Below, one piece after another: positions 37,301-47,219 of a DNA stretch of 64,000 nucleotides. Under the pieces are notes generated by a model that saw only the letters and a list, made by a program, of their open reading frames with translations, did not search any database and was not told the origin of the DNA. The translations under genes and the position numbers were made by a program. Position 1 is the stretch's first letter, and each line of letters starts with the position of its first letter. The stretch is from Marsupella aquatica (taxonomy: Eukaryota > Plantae > Marchantiophyta), in assembly GCA_973895155.1 (NCBI GenBank), contig OZ316893.1, forward strand, positions 15,840,645 through 15,904,644, read 5' to 3'.

Positions 37301-40300
37301 CTCGATATGCTGGTCCCGAATTGATGCTCTATGTGAAATTTCGTGTTTTGTAAAAAAAATTCAACTCTGAGGCAAAAGAATGGAGACCAAGAAAAAAAAC
37401 GGTTATGGCAGTTTCTAAAAAAAAATGCCACTTTACGAGCATTCTCCTCGTGTAAAACTCGATTGCATCTGCTTGAAAAAAAATGATTTTAGAGACTGGC
37501 TCGTGCTGATAACGTGTTGTGATAGACAACTAAAGGAACACTCAAAGATACTCCAACAAGATAGATCCATTACTATTGATGAGGGGATATATATATCCCC
37601 TTGGTTACATGGTAGGCAAATGCCCTTATACTGGTCCTATGGTTAGGAGTTCTCATACTATGGTTAAGGGTTCTCGCCCTATGGTTAAGGGGTAAACTAG
37701 GGTTTACAACAGTTTAGAGGTTTCATATGTTCAGTACTACACATATGTACCTTGCTTAGTTCCTGACATTGTAGTTGGTGATGTGATGCAGCGTCCTGCC
37801 AGTTCTGTTTTGCCTTCGAAGCCTGTGCATGCACCATACCAGCAGGGGGGGCTGACCTCTGATCAAGGTTGGCGAGGTGGTAGTAGTGGTAGATCCCAGG
37901 CTGGTGCCCAATACTATGGCAGGGGGCAAGCTCTAGGTTATGCCCGTGGTAGAGGCAGAGCAGGTCCAAACCCACAATCTCGTGGGTATGGACGTCCACC
38001 TCAACCGTGGGGATGTGAGTATATATCTATATGCCAGTTCTTTGTGAAGGCATGGCACTCCTGAATTTCAGACTGCATATCAATTTTTGACATTGTTTGG
38101 GATGTATTGGATTCAGACAACATGAAATTCTGTCCACCTGCCATTGCATGCAGATTCTGCCCAACCTGATTGGGCAAATGCTAGTAATGATCAGTTCCAA
38201 TGTCCACAAGGACAGACATGGGTTGAACCAGGTTGGGAGGATGGTGGTGGGTCGTGGAATGAACAAGGTTGGGAAGGTGGTGAAGGTAATTGGCAGGGAT
38301 ATCAAAATTCAGTACCTACAAACGCTGGAAGAGGAGCAGGTAATGTCTGATCTTGTCAGCAATGGAAGAACTCATTATATGTGGAGTCCATTCACGTGGG
38401 GGGGACTCTGCACATGTATAATGATAGAAAATGTATGTGTGCAGGTTGGACAGTCGAACCATCAACTCAAGTATTCACTAATGCCCCTATGCAGATGCAG
38501 CACGGAAGGGGGACAGGTATGTCGGTGAATGTTCAGTTGTTTTCCTACAGTTTGTACTTAGTTTTCAGTACATATGTTTGCACACACATACCTAGAAAGT
38601 GACATCATCCGGCCCCTGTACTAGGCTGGACAGGTGGTCCAGGGTCGCAACAATTTCAGAGTGCAGTCCCTGCACAGGCATCTACAGGCAGAGCTACAGG
38701 TATGTATGTTTGAAGAATTTTTCTTGAAGTGAAGCATTGAATGTTGCCGTCATCCATTCTGCTATATGTAGTTCTCAAGCATGAATGGCATTGTATTTTC
38801 CCAGGTGGCTTCAGAACCCCAGGTAGGGTGAATGAAGGGGTGGCCAATACAACGCCCAGTACTACCGAGAGCAGTGCACGAGGGGAGGTGACAAAGAAAG
38901 GGAACGTAAAGTTGAATGAGAGACAATGGGTGGATGCTGAGTGTCCTCGCAAGAACTGATGGCATGCTGATTTGAAAGTTGAAGTATTGCGTTGGTTAGA
39001 TGTGAGTGTTATTAATTTTAAAAAACAGCATCCAAAAGATTGGAAGACTGTATGTGAAAATGTTGCTGCCAAATGGAATTATGTGGGCAGTGATGATGGC
39101 GTGGACATAGGTTGCCTAGAGAGTACAGCAGGTAAAATTATCAAGCAAGAGAGGTGGAGAATGCATAAGGCTTGGAAGGAAGGTGGGGAGAAGCCAGATA
39201 TGCCTCCACCAGCCAGTTGTGATGATAAAGTGTGGGCAAGGTTAGTAGCTTATTTTGTAACAGATGCTTCAAAAAAGAAGAGTTCACAGATGACCGAGGC
39301 CAGGTTGAGTGTTCAGAACCCTAATCTGACAGGAAGGACCGGCACTGCACCGACAGCTAAACGTTTGGTAAGAATGAATGGCCTAGCTATGTAATTTATG
39401 CTACACTATGTACTATTTTTTAGTGTAAACCCATACATGTAAACTTTGTTTTTTAGTGTACGTTCCCTGAATATTGATCGATAACTTGTGTTTGCCATGC
39501 ATGTGCAGAAAGCCCAATTGGGGCAAAGCCCTTCAAAAGAAGAGTTGAGGGCTGAAATTGTGAACACCCGGGCTCAAGAGGGTGCATCTGAATCCTCCAA
39601 GCATGTAAGTTATATGAGTTCTGATTGGTAATTGAATGACCTGCGTTGAATTTCAGGTGTACACTGTATATAACATTGATTGTGCATATATTGCCCAACA
39701 TTTCATATGGAGTGATTGAACCTATACCCCTGTGTCATGTAGGGAGGTGGATCTTCACTTACAGAGATAAGTGGTCGTTTGAAGGCTGTCGAAACATGTC
39801 TTCCAGAGATCAATGAACGTTTGAATTCATTGACTGACTTGTTCCATGTGAACTTCAAGACATTAATGGAAGCTGTTGTGTCGGTGAGAGATAAAATTGA
39901 TTCCAATTCTGCAGGAGTTCCACCATCACCACTTGAGGTGGCAAAGTCGATGCACTCTTCTGGCATGCCAACGACATGTAGGCTTGAAGGTAAGGCCTTT
40001 ACAACTGTGTGGGATATGATTATTAAATGTATAGTTTGAATTGACATTGTTTGTTGAATGTGTTATTTTCAGTAACATATATTGTGGTTGTTGTGTCCAT
40101 AGAGAATAAGACAGGTGCTACAGAGAAGAAGTATGAGAACCTGGCAAATACTCGCTGTAATTTAGAGGCAACAAAGTTGCAGTCTGTACAAGCAACTTGT
40201 TTGACAGAGGGCAGTCAACCATGTTTGGATGAGGATGACATTGGCAAGGGAGTGGATGATATCAATGTTGGGGCAAATGAGGATATCAGCAAGCATGACA

Positions 40301-40899
40301 ATGATACCATTGAGCCAGATTCATGCTATGTAGATCTTGACTCCATTGCAGAGATAAATGATTTGCAGAATGTATCATTCTCAATGACAGGTGTGCCTCT
40401 TGTTGAGATAAATCCAACCAAAGAGTTAGTTGGTATGACACTCCCAGGTGATGAACCTGCTACTGTGACAGTCCTAACAGAGGAACCTACTGAGCCTAGC
40501 TTCACTACTGTGAAGAGAGGAAGCATGCGCACACGAAGCAAGTCTGCTGGTGGGAGCAGAGCCACGTCAAAGGTTTCATACAAACCTCCAAGAACAGTGC
40601 TGGCAGAAAGATCTAAGGTGGAAGTGGGGAAAGCACCTAATGCTGAGGGACAAAGTGGCTTGTTAGCTGTTGATGAGAGTGGAACACGAGTAGGATTTGC
40701 CAGAGTGCAGGTTGGTTCCACAACGTTCCATGGCAAGAGGATTCCCCCAGGTTATTCAGTAGTGTTAGTCACATTACTAGTGAAACCTAAAGCTGTCCTT
40801 CCCATTCCAAACACAAATGATGATCCTCCTCAAAAGACACTTGGAGATGCTGCAGGTTCTTTGGTATTATGGCCAAGCAAGTTCATAGAGGATCCATAA
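31318..40899 (+). CDS. CACTA TnpA/Tnp1-like multi-exon gene (exon boundaries approximate); Copia lies in an intron
   Basis: A middle exon reads VLRWLDVS..W..V..ERWRMHKAW..PP..CDDKVWARLVAYF..SKKKSSQMTEAR. The C-terminus reads HGKRIPPGYSVVLV..LPIPN..TLGDAAGSLVLWP. Several GT-AG introns are visible. Confidence 0.7.
32542..37269 (-). CDS. Copia gag-pol polyprotein (gag, CCHC, PR, INT, RT, RNase H); likely ATG near 37155
   Basis: Single uninterrupted ORF: ALKVDGSNYLTW, CYRCGKIGHIRNAC, IIDSGTSHTIL, WHCRLGHPG, DICGPI, LRVDGAGEF, NGIAES, RARLVAKGY, LYVDD, GYTDAGY and IYEDNKAC. Confidence 0.97.
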   Translation of the reverse strand: MKAPSAPYTSFQPVNCTIEILHSIQSSPKFLNQLTSRIMNTVEKLLWPALKVDGSNYLTWITDVETYFTSQDLEDTLDTDIDVTLKQKAKAAFLLRQHLTPQLKNEYMNEINPRKLWDLLKARFDHMREIWLPEARRDWHNLRVMDHTTIANYNSALCRITSQLEMCGHPINDIDRIDKTLSTFPESNITLGTQYRNMRFTKYSDLIAHLLVEEKQQIVALQNARKRPAGSDPPPHRPETHYTNYEDKQRGNYRGGRTQFRGGRNQFRGGRNQFRGQGKPYNRPSGSNNTWRKGTMNNRGRGRSNQYDTANNSQKMCYRCGKIGHIRNACAATEQEAHRYINDRNKSRQNPQGHYMEIEEELIASQREETQEQIEVHTSLTDWKYPTLDDPDTGIIDSGTSHTILKHSKYFEAITPSSRAITTIAGLNHIEEGKGRATFILPGGTKITVKSAIYAPKATRNLISFQDIRSNNLQLRTNTQGKTETLQIIQDIQGKPSIKETFALIPPGLYATSIQTFHIHQESEDMTYIWHCRLGHPGTTMYNRIIRDSKGIPKTVKPKVKTACIACSQGKMTIRPSIPKTIFSIPQFLEQINADICGPIDPPSGPFKYFLVIIDSSTKWLQISLLSTRNLAFARILAHILKLRAQFPEYPTRRLRVDGAGEFTSRTFDDFCWAAGIDTQYPVPHVHFQNGIAESVIKRLQMVARPLLMKSNLPTSAWGHAILHAAALIQYRPSAYNSKTPYHLAFGIPPDLSHLRIFGCQVMVPILGPKRTKLGPQRNAGIYVGFDSTSIIRYLEPTTADLFKARHQDCHFYEDQFPQLTNTASTQSKDTTKMPINWKADQNRNDPRTKQADEEVRRLLHLHEMLEKIPDSFNDAANVTRSHNLAANAPSRVQTSSTPANVTAPRAKRGRPPGIKDSQPRQRKTPAANLGTPALEPAITLNVTAINQNDPLSEENEEMSITYMQTGNIYKRPTTQIDEQFAYNVIQEITNDIPDPLTINEAKKQPDWPKWQAAIHTEMDALIKRQVFGPFKMALPGTHYTDSRFTFLKKRNEKGIVVRYRARLVAKGYTQIPGRDYDLTYSPVMDATTYRYLTAHSVHHKLVNNLMDVVTAYLYGTLDTEIYMTAPPELIERVKQHIQGETSQNLNTEIKKGISQIIPDGDTKALLMQSGNTQAMHTRGKKLTTKLTVQVLRSINGLKQSGRIWYQKFQTEMLALGFTNSGLAPCIFIKKHMDEVLILALYVDDVNLFGTKQMMKDTIHTLKGVFEMKDLGRPNHCLGLQIEHLETGIFLYQSTYTQKILHQFNMQKSYPVSTPMELRSLDPIKDMFRKRQEDESILGSEKPYLSAVGALMYLANQTRPDISFAVSLLARHSAQPTIRHWNGIKRIMRYLQGTIDLGLFFPKNSPDTLTGYTDAGYLSDPQDSKSQTGYVFLQGTTAISWRSSKQTMTTTSSNHSEIIALYEACREAVWLRSIINHIRSSTGKPQITEPTTIYEDNKACIDQITNGILKTERTKHIDPKYFFTQEQQGKSINVAWIKSQDNRADMFTKPLPAGLHRAHLEGIGMSRLSTIKPTS
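37500..37514 (-). promoter_or_regulatory. PBS complementary to the anticodon arm of tRNA-Ile (half-tRNA priming)
   Basis: The minus strand reads CGTTATCAGCACGAG directly after the 5' LTR, with no TGG/CCA complement. Confidence 0.75.
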
Positions 40900-41444
40900 C
40901 AATGTCATGCCATTATTTGTTTGTAGTGTGAGTCATGTTATGTAGATTTTAGATGTCAAGAAGCAGTACAAGAATCATGTCCTCTTGGAGATTCATAGTA
41001 TCATGCATGTGCTTTCAGTTATCTCATCCTACAGTCATCAATTATGAGTTCCTGTTTTGTCTAAATTACATTGATCACATTGTAAACTATTCCATTGGAA
41101 TTCAAATGATCTTCATTTTTTAGCAAGATTGTGATTGTGTTTAATTCTTATGAATGTTTTATGTAGGATCTGCTTATATGATGCTTTGTTTCATGTGGAT
41201 GTCATTCATGCTATGTTCATTTCTTGTATTCAATGTGTTATATTTCTAAAGTTAGAACATCAGGTTTCTATGTATTGTAATGTCGAGTGCTCTCTCTTCT
41301 TATGAACTGTCCCTCTGTGTTCATTAGTCATGGTTATAACTTGCATGTGAACCTTATTAGTTATAAACATGAGTATATAGAGTCCCAAATGGTTCTGTTG
41401 TGTGACGCGGGCCAGGGTCTCCATTGGTCTCTCCTGTGACACTA

Positions 41445-41720
41445 AATAGTCACACGCTAGTCGTTGTTGAATGCGGGTAAGTCATGTATGTGACTTACGA
41501 TGTGACTCGCTGAAGTCATATTGCAGTCACGTCGAAACAAGGCTAGACTCCACAATAAAGTCACAGATCAGTCACAAATGGGTATCAAGCAAGTTGCAAA
41601 GCCCAGTATCAATAGTGACTTCCATTTTTTGGTCTCAACTTTTGCAACTCCAAGGGTCACAGCGTGGGTCAAGTCACGTTGAGTCACAATGAAGTCACAT
41701 GAGCCAAAATGAGTCATATA
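41445..41720. repeat. CACTA subterminal short repeats (AGTCAC/GTGACT), putative TnpA sites
   Basis: More than ten AGTCA(C/T) or GTGACT copies occur in both orientations, with a few more at 17298-17475. Confidence 0.7.
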
Positions 41721-41757
41721 TTGCGGTCTCAGTTCACCTCAGATTCTTCTAGTGTAA

Positions 41758-44212
41758 GGGAGACGAGTATAAGACCGCGATGTGCACAAGGTTCGGATCC
41801 TATGAGTTTTTGGTTATGTCGTTCGGGTTGTGTAATGCAACCGCAACGTTCATGAAGATGATGAATACCATCTTTCATGACTTGTTGGACCAAGGAGTGG
41901 TCGTCTTTATTGACGACATCCTAATCTACTCGAAAACATTGGAGGAACATGAGCAATTGCTCAGAGAAGTGTTCTCTTGCCTTCGTAAGGCTCATCTCTT
42001 TGCTAAACCTAGCAAGTGCGAGTTTGCGATGAATGAGATTCAGTTCCTCGGCCATACCTTTACCCCGGAAGGGAGTACGCCTAGTTAGGACAAGCTTAAG
42101 GAGATCAAAGAATGGGAGCGCCCGTCCAATGTAAGGCAAGTTAGAGCCTTCTTAGGATTTATGGGGTTCTATCGGAGATACATGAAAGACTATGCGAGGA
42201 TCGTGAGGCCCCTAAATGCGCTAACATTGAAAAACAAAGTGTTTGTGTGGACACAGGATTGCAAGTTAGCATTCCTAGAACTTAAGCGGTTAATGATAAC
42301 ACCGCCGGTTCTAAAGTTACCTGAGATGGGGAAGTCGTTCGAGATTTGGACAGATGCAAGTGATTATGCCATCAGCGCCTATCTTCACCAAGATGGGCGT
42401 CCTGTGGCCTTCGAGTCATGTAAGTTGGAAAATCACTGGATCACGCCAGAAAAGGAAATGTATGCTGTGATCTATGCGTTGAAGAAGTGGGAGATTTACC
42501 TTAAGAACAGTCCCAAAGTGGTAATCCACACAAATAGCTCGCCGGCCGGGTACTTCAGTTCTAAGCCAAGGCTGAACCCCAAGGAAATGCGCTGGCAGAT
42601 GTTCTTGGTGGATTTTGATTTTGAAGTCCACCACATTCTAGGGAAGACAAACACGGCAGCGGACGCGTTATTGCGTAAGGACCAACATCGTGTCAATGGG
42701 ATCACGATGCTCAAATCCGAGTGGCCAAAGGTTCTGGCCGCGGCGTATGGGGATGACAAGTTAGCTAAGGAATGGCAAAGCAATGGGGGTAGTAGGGGCA
42801 AGGTAAGGCACATATCGTTGGGGTTGGATACGACACATAATGTCCAATTATGGCGATACAAGCAGAGGCGTGTGTACATACCAGAGTCTCTAAGGTTAGA
42901 GGTTCTGCAAAAGTACCACGACTCGCCCTGGGGAGGGCATGGAGGACAAGCCGCTACGTATCGCAGCATGTCGCGAGATGTGTATTGGCCGGACATGAAG
43001 CAATCGGTCCTTCAACACGTACAAAGTTGTTACTCGTGCCAAAAGAACAGAATGGTCTATAGGGCAAAAGGAGGACTGCTACAACCCTTACCAGTAGATG
43101 CGGCTCCATGGGAGTCTATCTCCATGGACTTCATTGTTGGATTACCTGAGTCCCACGGCAGTAACTCCATCTTAACAATCATGGATCATTTTTCCAAGAT
43201 GGCATATTTCTTGCCTACTACGAAGATGGTTTCGGCCCGAGAGGTTGCCGGTCTAGTATTTGACAATGTCTTTCGACAATGGGGATTGCCGTTGCATATC
43301 CTGTTCGATCGCGATACCAAGTTTACGGGCCATTTTTGGAAGGCGTTGTTCCGGTTATCCGGAACAGACCTGACTAGGGGATCAGCGTATCATCATGAGA
43401 CAGATGGCCAAACGGAACGGGTTAATGGTATCGCGGAGGACTACTTGCGTCATTTTGTCACGGCCAATCAGAAGGATTGGGCAAAGCATTTAACAATGGC
43501 CGAGTTTAGGTATAACTTGACCAAGCATTCGGCGACGGAGTTTGCGCCGTTCATGTTGGCCACAGGGAGGACGCCAAGGGCGCCCTCCTGGTTTATAAAT
43601 CCGGAAGCTTGGCGGACAGAAAGCAAGGTTCCTTCTGCGGACAATTTTATTTGAGAGCGGCGCCTAGTTGTGGAAGCGGCTACCAAGGGTATGACCCTTG
43701 CCCAAAGTTGGTACAAGGAGCAAGGGGATAAACATCGACGCCAGGTAAGCTTTGAAATTGGGGAGAGCGTCTGGTTGCAGTTGAGACCAGAGCAATACCA
43801 TGGGAACATAAGTAGGAAGTTGGCTCCCAGATACGCGGGGCCCTATTGCATCATACGATGGGCCCACAAGGATAATCCGGTTTCGGTGGTGTTGGAAACA
43901 CCCAAGGAAATGGGCGTGGGCAAAAGCTACCATGTTAGCCGGCTCAAGAAGTTTGTCAAAGACAATGATCCCAACCGGGATAAGGTCTTGCGTCCGGACG
44001 CCATGCTGGTGGAGGACGCGGAGGAGTTTGAGGTGGAGGCAATTCTAGACCACCGTTACAAACGCAAGTTGGGAAGGCAAATCTTAGAGTATTTGGTGAA
44101 GTGGGCTGGCTACGACCAGGCCGAGAGTACTTGGGAACTGGAGGAAAATTTGGGTAATGCCTCAGAGATCCTTGGAAGCTATCGTAAGCAAAGCGGTCTA
44201 CCGCCGTTGTGA
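41758..44212 (+). pseudogene. Gypsy RT C-terminus, RNase H, integrase and chromodomain
   Basis: Motifs: VFIDDILIYS, TDASDYAI, HDSPWGGHGG..CYSCQ, WESISMDFIVGLP, DRDTKFT, TDGQTERVN and FEVEAILDHR..EYLVKWAGY..STWE..NL. In-frame stops lie at 42086 and 43652. Confidence 0.95.
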
Positions 44213-44650
44213 ACTGGTACAGGCAACTGTAATTACCTTTGTGAGTTGTATCCTAGTTTCACTCCTCTCGGCCTCTTAAGGATAAAGTTGGATTGCGTTG
44301 GTGCTAGAGGTTTTTGGGCGGCCGATTTGCTTTTTGCGAGTGGAAGTTGATGGTGCCCGCCCTACATCTGCGGGCGGGCTAGTTCGAACCAAAGGGGAGC
44401 GCCCCAAGGGGAGGACAATGGGTCCAACAAGTTTGGAGTTAGCTTACCCGTTTGGACTGGCATCTTACTTGGATAAGTGGGATAGGTTGGAATTTCCTAA
44501 GTTTGGAATGCGCATACCAACCTGGTTTGCATCAGCCTTATGGGCAAACCATTTGTTACCTCATAAAATTTTCAAGGCCCAGAGTGGTCTAGGCGTGTTG
44601 GAACATTTACTGAGGTCACGCGGACGTGACCATTTTTAAGGGGGGGTGCA

Positions 44651-46143
44651 AGTCGCGGAACTCGACTACCTTAACACTTAGCTCCAGCATCGCTGACTCC
44701 GACGCCGAGCTCCCTTATGGTCCAGGCCCGGATAGGCCATCCGGGGAGGACTTAGCATGGGGAGACTTGTGGGCAATGAGACGTGGCACTGGCGAGGCAA
44801 GGGGCCAAGCTAGGGACACACACTAAGGACTTGGACTAGCCTATGGCTGGTCAGGTCAAGGGGAAATGGGCCGGGCTCAAGGATGGCCGTCCGGACCGTC
44901 GGATGGACTTTGAGTTATGAGGGCTTGGGAGTGAGCTCCTCTTGGGCCCAAGGCCAATGGAGTTGACGCCATTGGCAGCGGACGCTTGGGGCGCAAGTTG
45001 TGGCCCGATCCGGGTTGGGCCGGTCAGGGGCCCCGAGCGGCGATCAGACCTGAGGGCCTAGGCATGAGCACTGGGTTGGCCCGGTCACAACGGGCTAAGG
45101 CACTCCGCTTGCGGATGCCTATCAAGAAAGTTATGGGCGTTGCCAATTGGTGGCGCGCCCATTATGCGCGATGGGATCCGGGTTGGGGGCCAAATGTTTA
45201 GGGACCAAAGCTGGTCCGGGGGTGGCAGGTCTCCAGAAGCATATATGAGGGGAGTGGTGTCTCCCTGGGGGCTAAGGGTGAGCCGAAGTCGTGAGCCACG
45301 GCGGTCGCGACACTAAGGGAAACCGCCAAACGGAAATGGTGGTATCTTCCCAACGGGAAATCCGTTGGAGGACTTCTTGGTTCATTGGAAATCTCTTGAG
45401 AAGGGCTACGCCCTCCTGAGCTCATATGGGTCCGGGGGTGCCATGGGTTCTCGTGGTTTGCGGTTGTTAGCTCGCCTGCTTGCCAAATCCTGCCGAACAG
45501 CAGCCAAGCCGCGTTCAACCTCCCAAGGGAGCTTGCATTGCGGAGGCAAGGCCAAGTAGGTATGGAGGCTGAGTCCCAAGGGTGCTCGGTCCCTAGACCA
45601 TCAGTGGGGAAAACCGGGAGCGGTTGCTAGAGTTGGGGCCGTTCTGGTCCCGGCGTGTTGGGACAAGCTTGGGACAAGCTTTAGGAAAAGCTACGCTATT
45701 TGGGCCATGAGCATGTCCTGAGGTCAGGGCGGTCAGTTGGTGATGGATAGGTACGAGGGGGAACCCGGGCCGCACCCAAGGAAGGAGTTGTCCTGGACGG
45801 ACAATGGGCGTGGGCTCTGGCTCCGGCTTATGGCATCGGGAGGACCAATCGCTGACATATTTACCAACGTCTGTTGAGCTTGAGTTAGGATGCTAGACTT
45901 GGCGAGTTCTAGATCCGGAGGGGTTACTTACCGAGGTGCTTGGTTGCTTGTGCAGATAGTGAGGACCGTTGAGTAGCGGTCGTGTAGGTGAGCAAGTGCG
46001 GCTTCGTATGGGAGGGGCCGCAGGTGGTGCTAGAGGCACTTGGATGCTTGCTCGAGGTATTCCGTGGAGGCGTTCGGGCACCAAGGGCACTTAGGCGTGA
46101 GTGCTGGGATTGGTGAGGGCGCTGGGTGGCAAGGTCCACCACT
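44651..46143 (+). repeat. 3' LTR (1493 bp), preceded by the PPT AAGGGGGGG
   Basis: Direct repeat of 12970-14443, followed by the TSD GGCTC. Confidence 0.95.
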
Positions 46144-47219
46144 GGCTCTGACAAACGGATTATTCACTATGAATACCATTGTATACGTTCGAAAATGTCA
46201 TTCAGTCATTACCTACACTTCTTCCTATCTTCATATCTCACGGCTTAAGAAATGCCCCCTCCATCTAGCACCAAAAATGTGGTGCATCCCATGGCTCCCC
46301 AAACCCAAGAAACCCCCCTGCGTAGGTCGATTCCCGCAGGTTTCGTCCTTGGCGAGGCCGTTTCCGTGGCTTAGCGACATGGGACGCTGCTAACTTCCTT
46401 CTACTACTACTATTAACATTTTACACACATATACTGGACAGATCCTTCATCGGGTCATGAGATACGTAGCCGGCCTAATCTAGGCCTTCCCTTGTATTCC
46501 CCTCCTTCTCTTTAGGTATATTTGGATTCCGCCGCCGGAATGATCCCCAATTGGCTTGGTTAAGCCGCTAAGACCTCTCTCAGCTGGACACATCCAACTC
46601 TCACTCCCTTACTTACTTCCCTTCATCTATTAGTTGATGTGGGCACTCTTCACACAAGTTAATGCGACACACAAATAGCAAAATGACTCCTTTTGACTGA
46701 GTTATACCATGCACTTGCCATACAAACAGTACATCTCATACACAAGTTCTGCGAACTAAGCCGTGAGGCCAACTCTATTTAGCTCTTAGGCATGAGGAAA
46801 CATGAATATACACAAGGGTCACTGTATAACTAACCGAGAGCTTCTCTTACTACTTGATCCCAGCCCTGCTGGTGCAACTAAAAACTTGCTAAAGAAGAGG
46901 CCTTGGACTCCCCGCTGCCCAGGTACTTATCCTGGTAGTGGATCCGCCAATTCTTAGCAGCGTAAGCTTAATCTATCCTACCTATAATCTACCTAACTGC
47001 AATCTACCTATGTACAGTGAGGTAGGAGTACAAGTGTTGCTCCTACCCGTGGGTCCGCAATCCCACTAATCTAAGTGTCAGGGCCGTCTCCTGGTCCTGA
47101 TCCTCAGCCTAAACTTGGAGATCTGAGCCCGCCCTGCCCACTCACGCCTCCTACCTCCACGTCCGCCCTTCCTAAAAGGAACAGTGCCCTTGCACCGTCA
47201 CGACACCGGTGGTGGATCC

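Larger units (their letters stand above)
31841..37711 (-). mobile_element. Ty1/Copia LTR retrotransposon, Bianca-like, intact and very recent
   Basis: The 197-bp TGT...ACA LTRs at 31841-32037 and 37515-37711 are identical by eye. The TSD GTTTA lies at 31836-31840 and 37712-37716. The PPT is at 32038-32048 and the PBS at 37500-37514. Confidence 0.97.
17261..41754 (+). mobile_element. CACTA (En/Spm) DNA transposon, 24.5 kb including the nested Copia
   Basis: Both ends carry the TIR CACTAGAAGAA-N11-CTGAGACC. The 3-bp TSD TAA lies at 17258-17260 and 41755-41757. Excision restores the RT frame YYQIRLA/KGDEYKTAMCTRFGSYEF. Confidence 0.97.
12970..46143 (+). mobile_element. Ty3/Gypsy chromovirus LTR retrotransposon, full length but decayed, split by a CACTA element
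   Basis: It has two roughly 1.5-kb LTRs, the 5-bp TSD GGCTC (12965-12969 and 46144-46148), a PBS, a PPT, and gag-PR-RT-RH-INT-chromodomain order. Confidence 0.95.

Noticed and set aside
37500-37514. tRNA gene
   Set aside because: Only 14 nt of an anticodon arm are present; it is the PBS.
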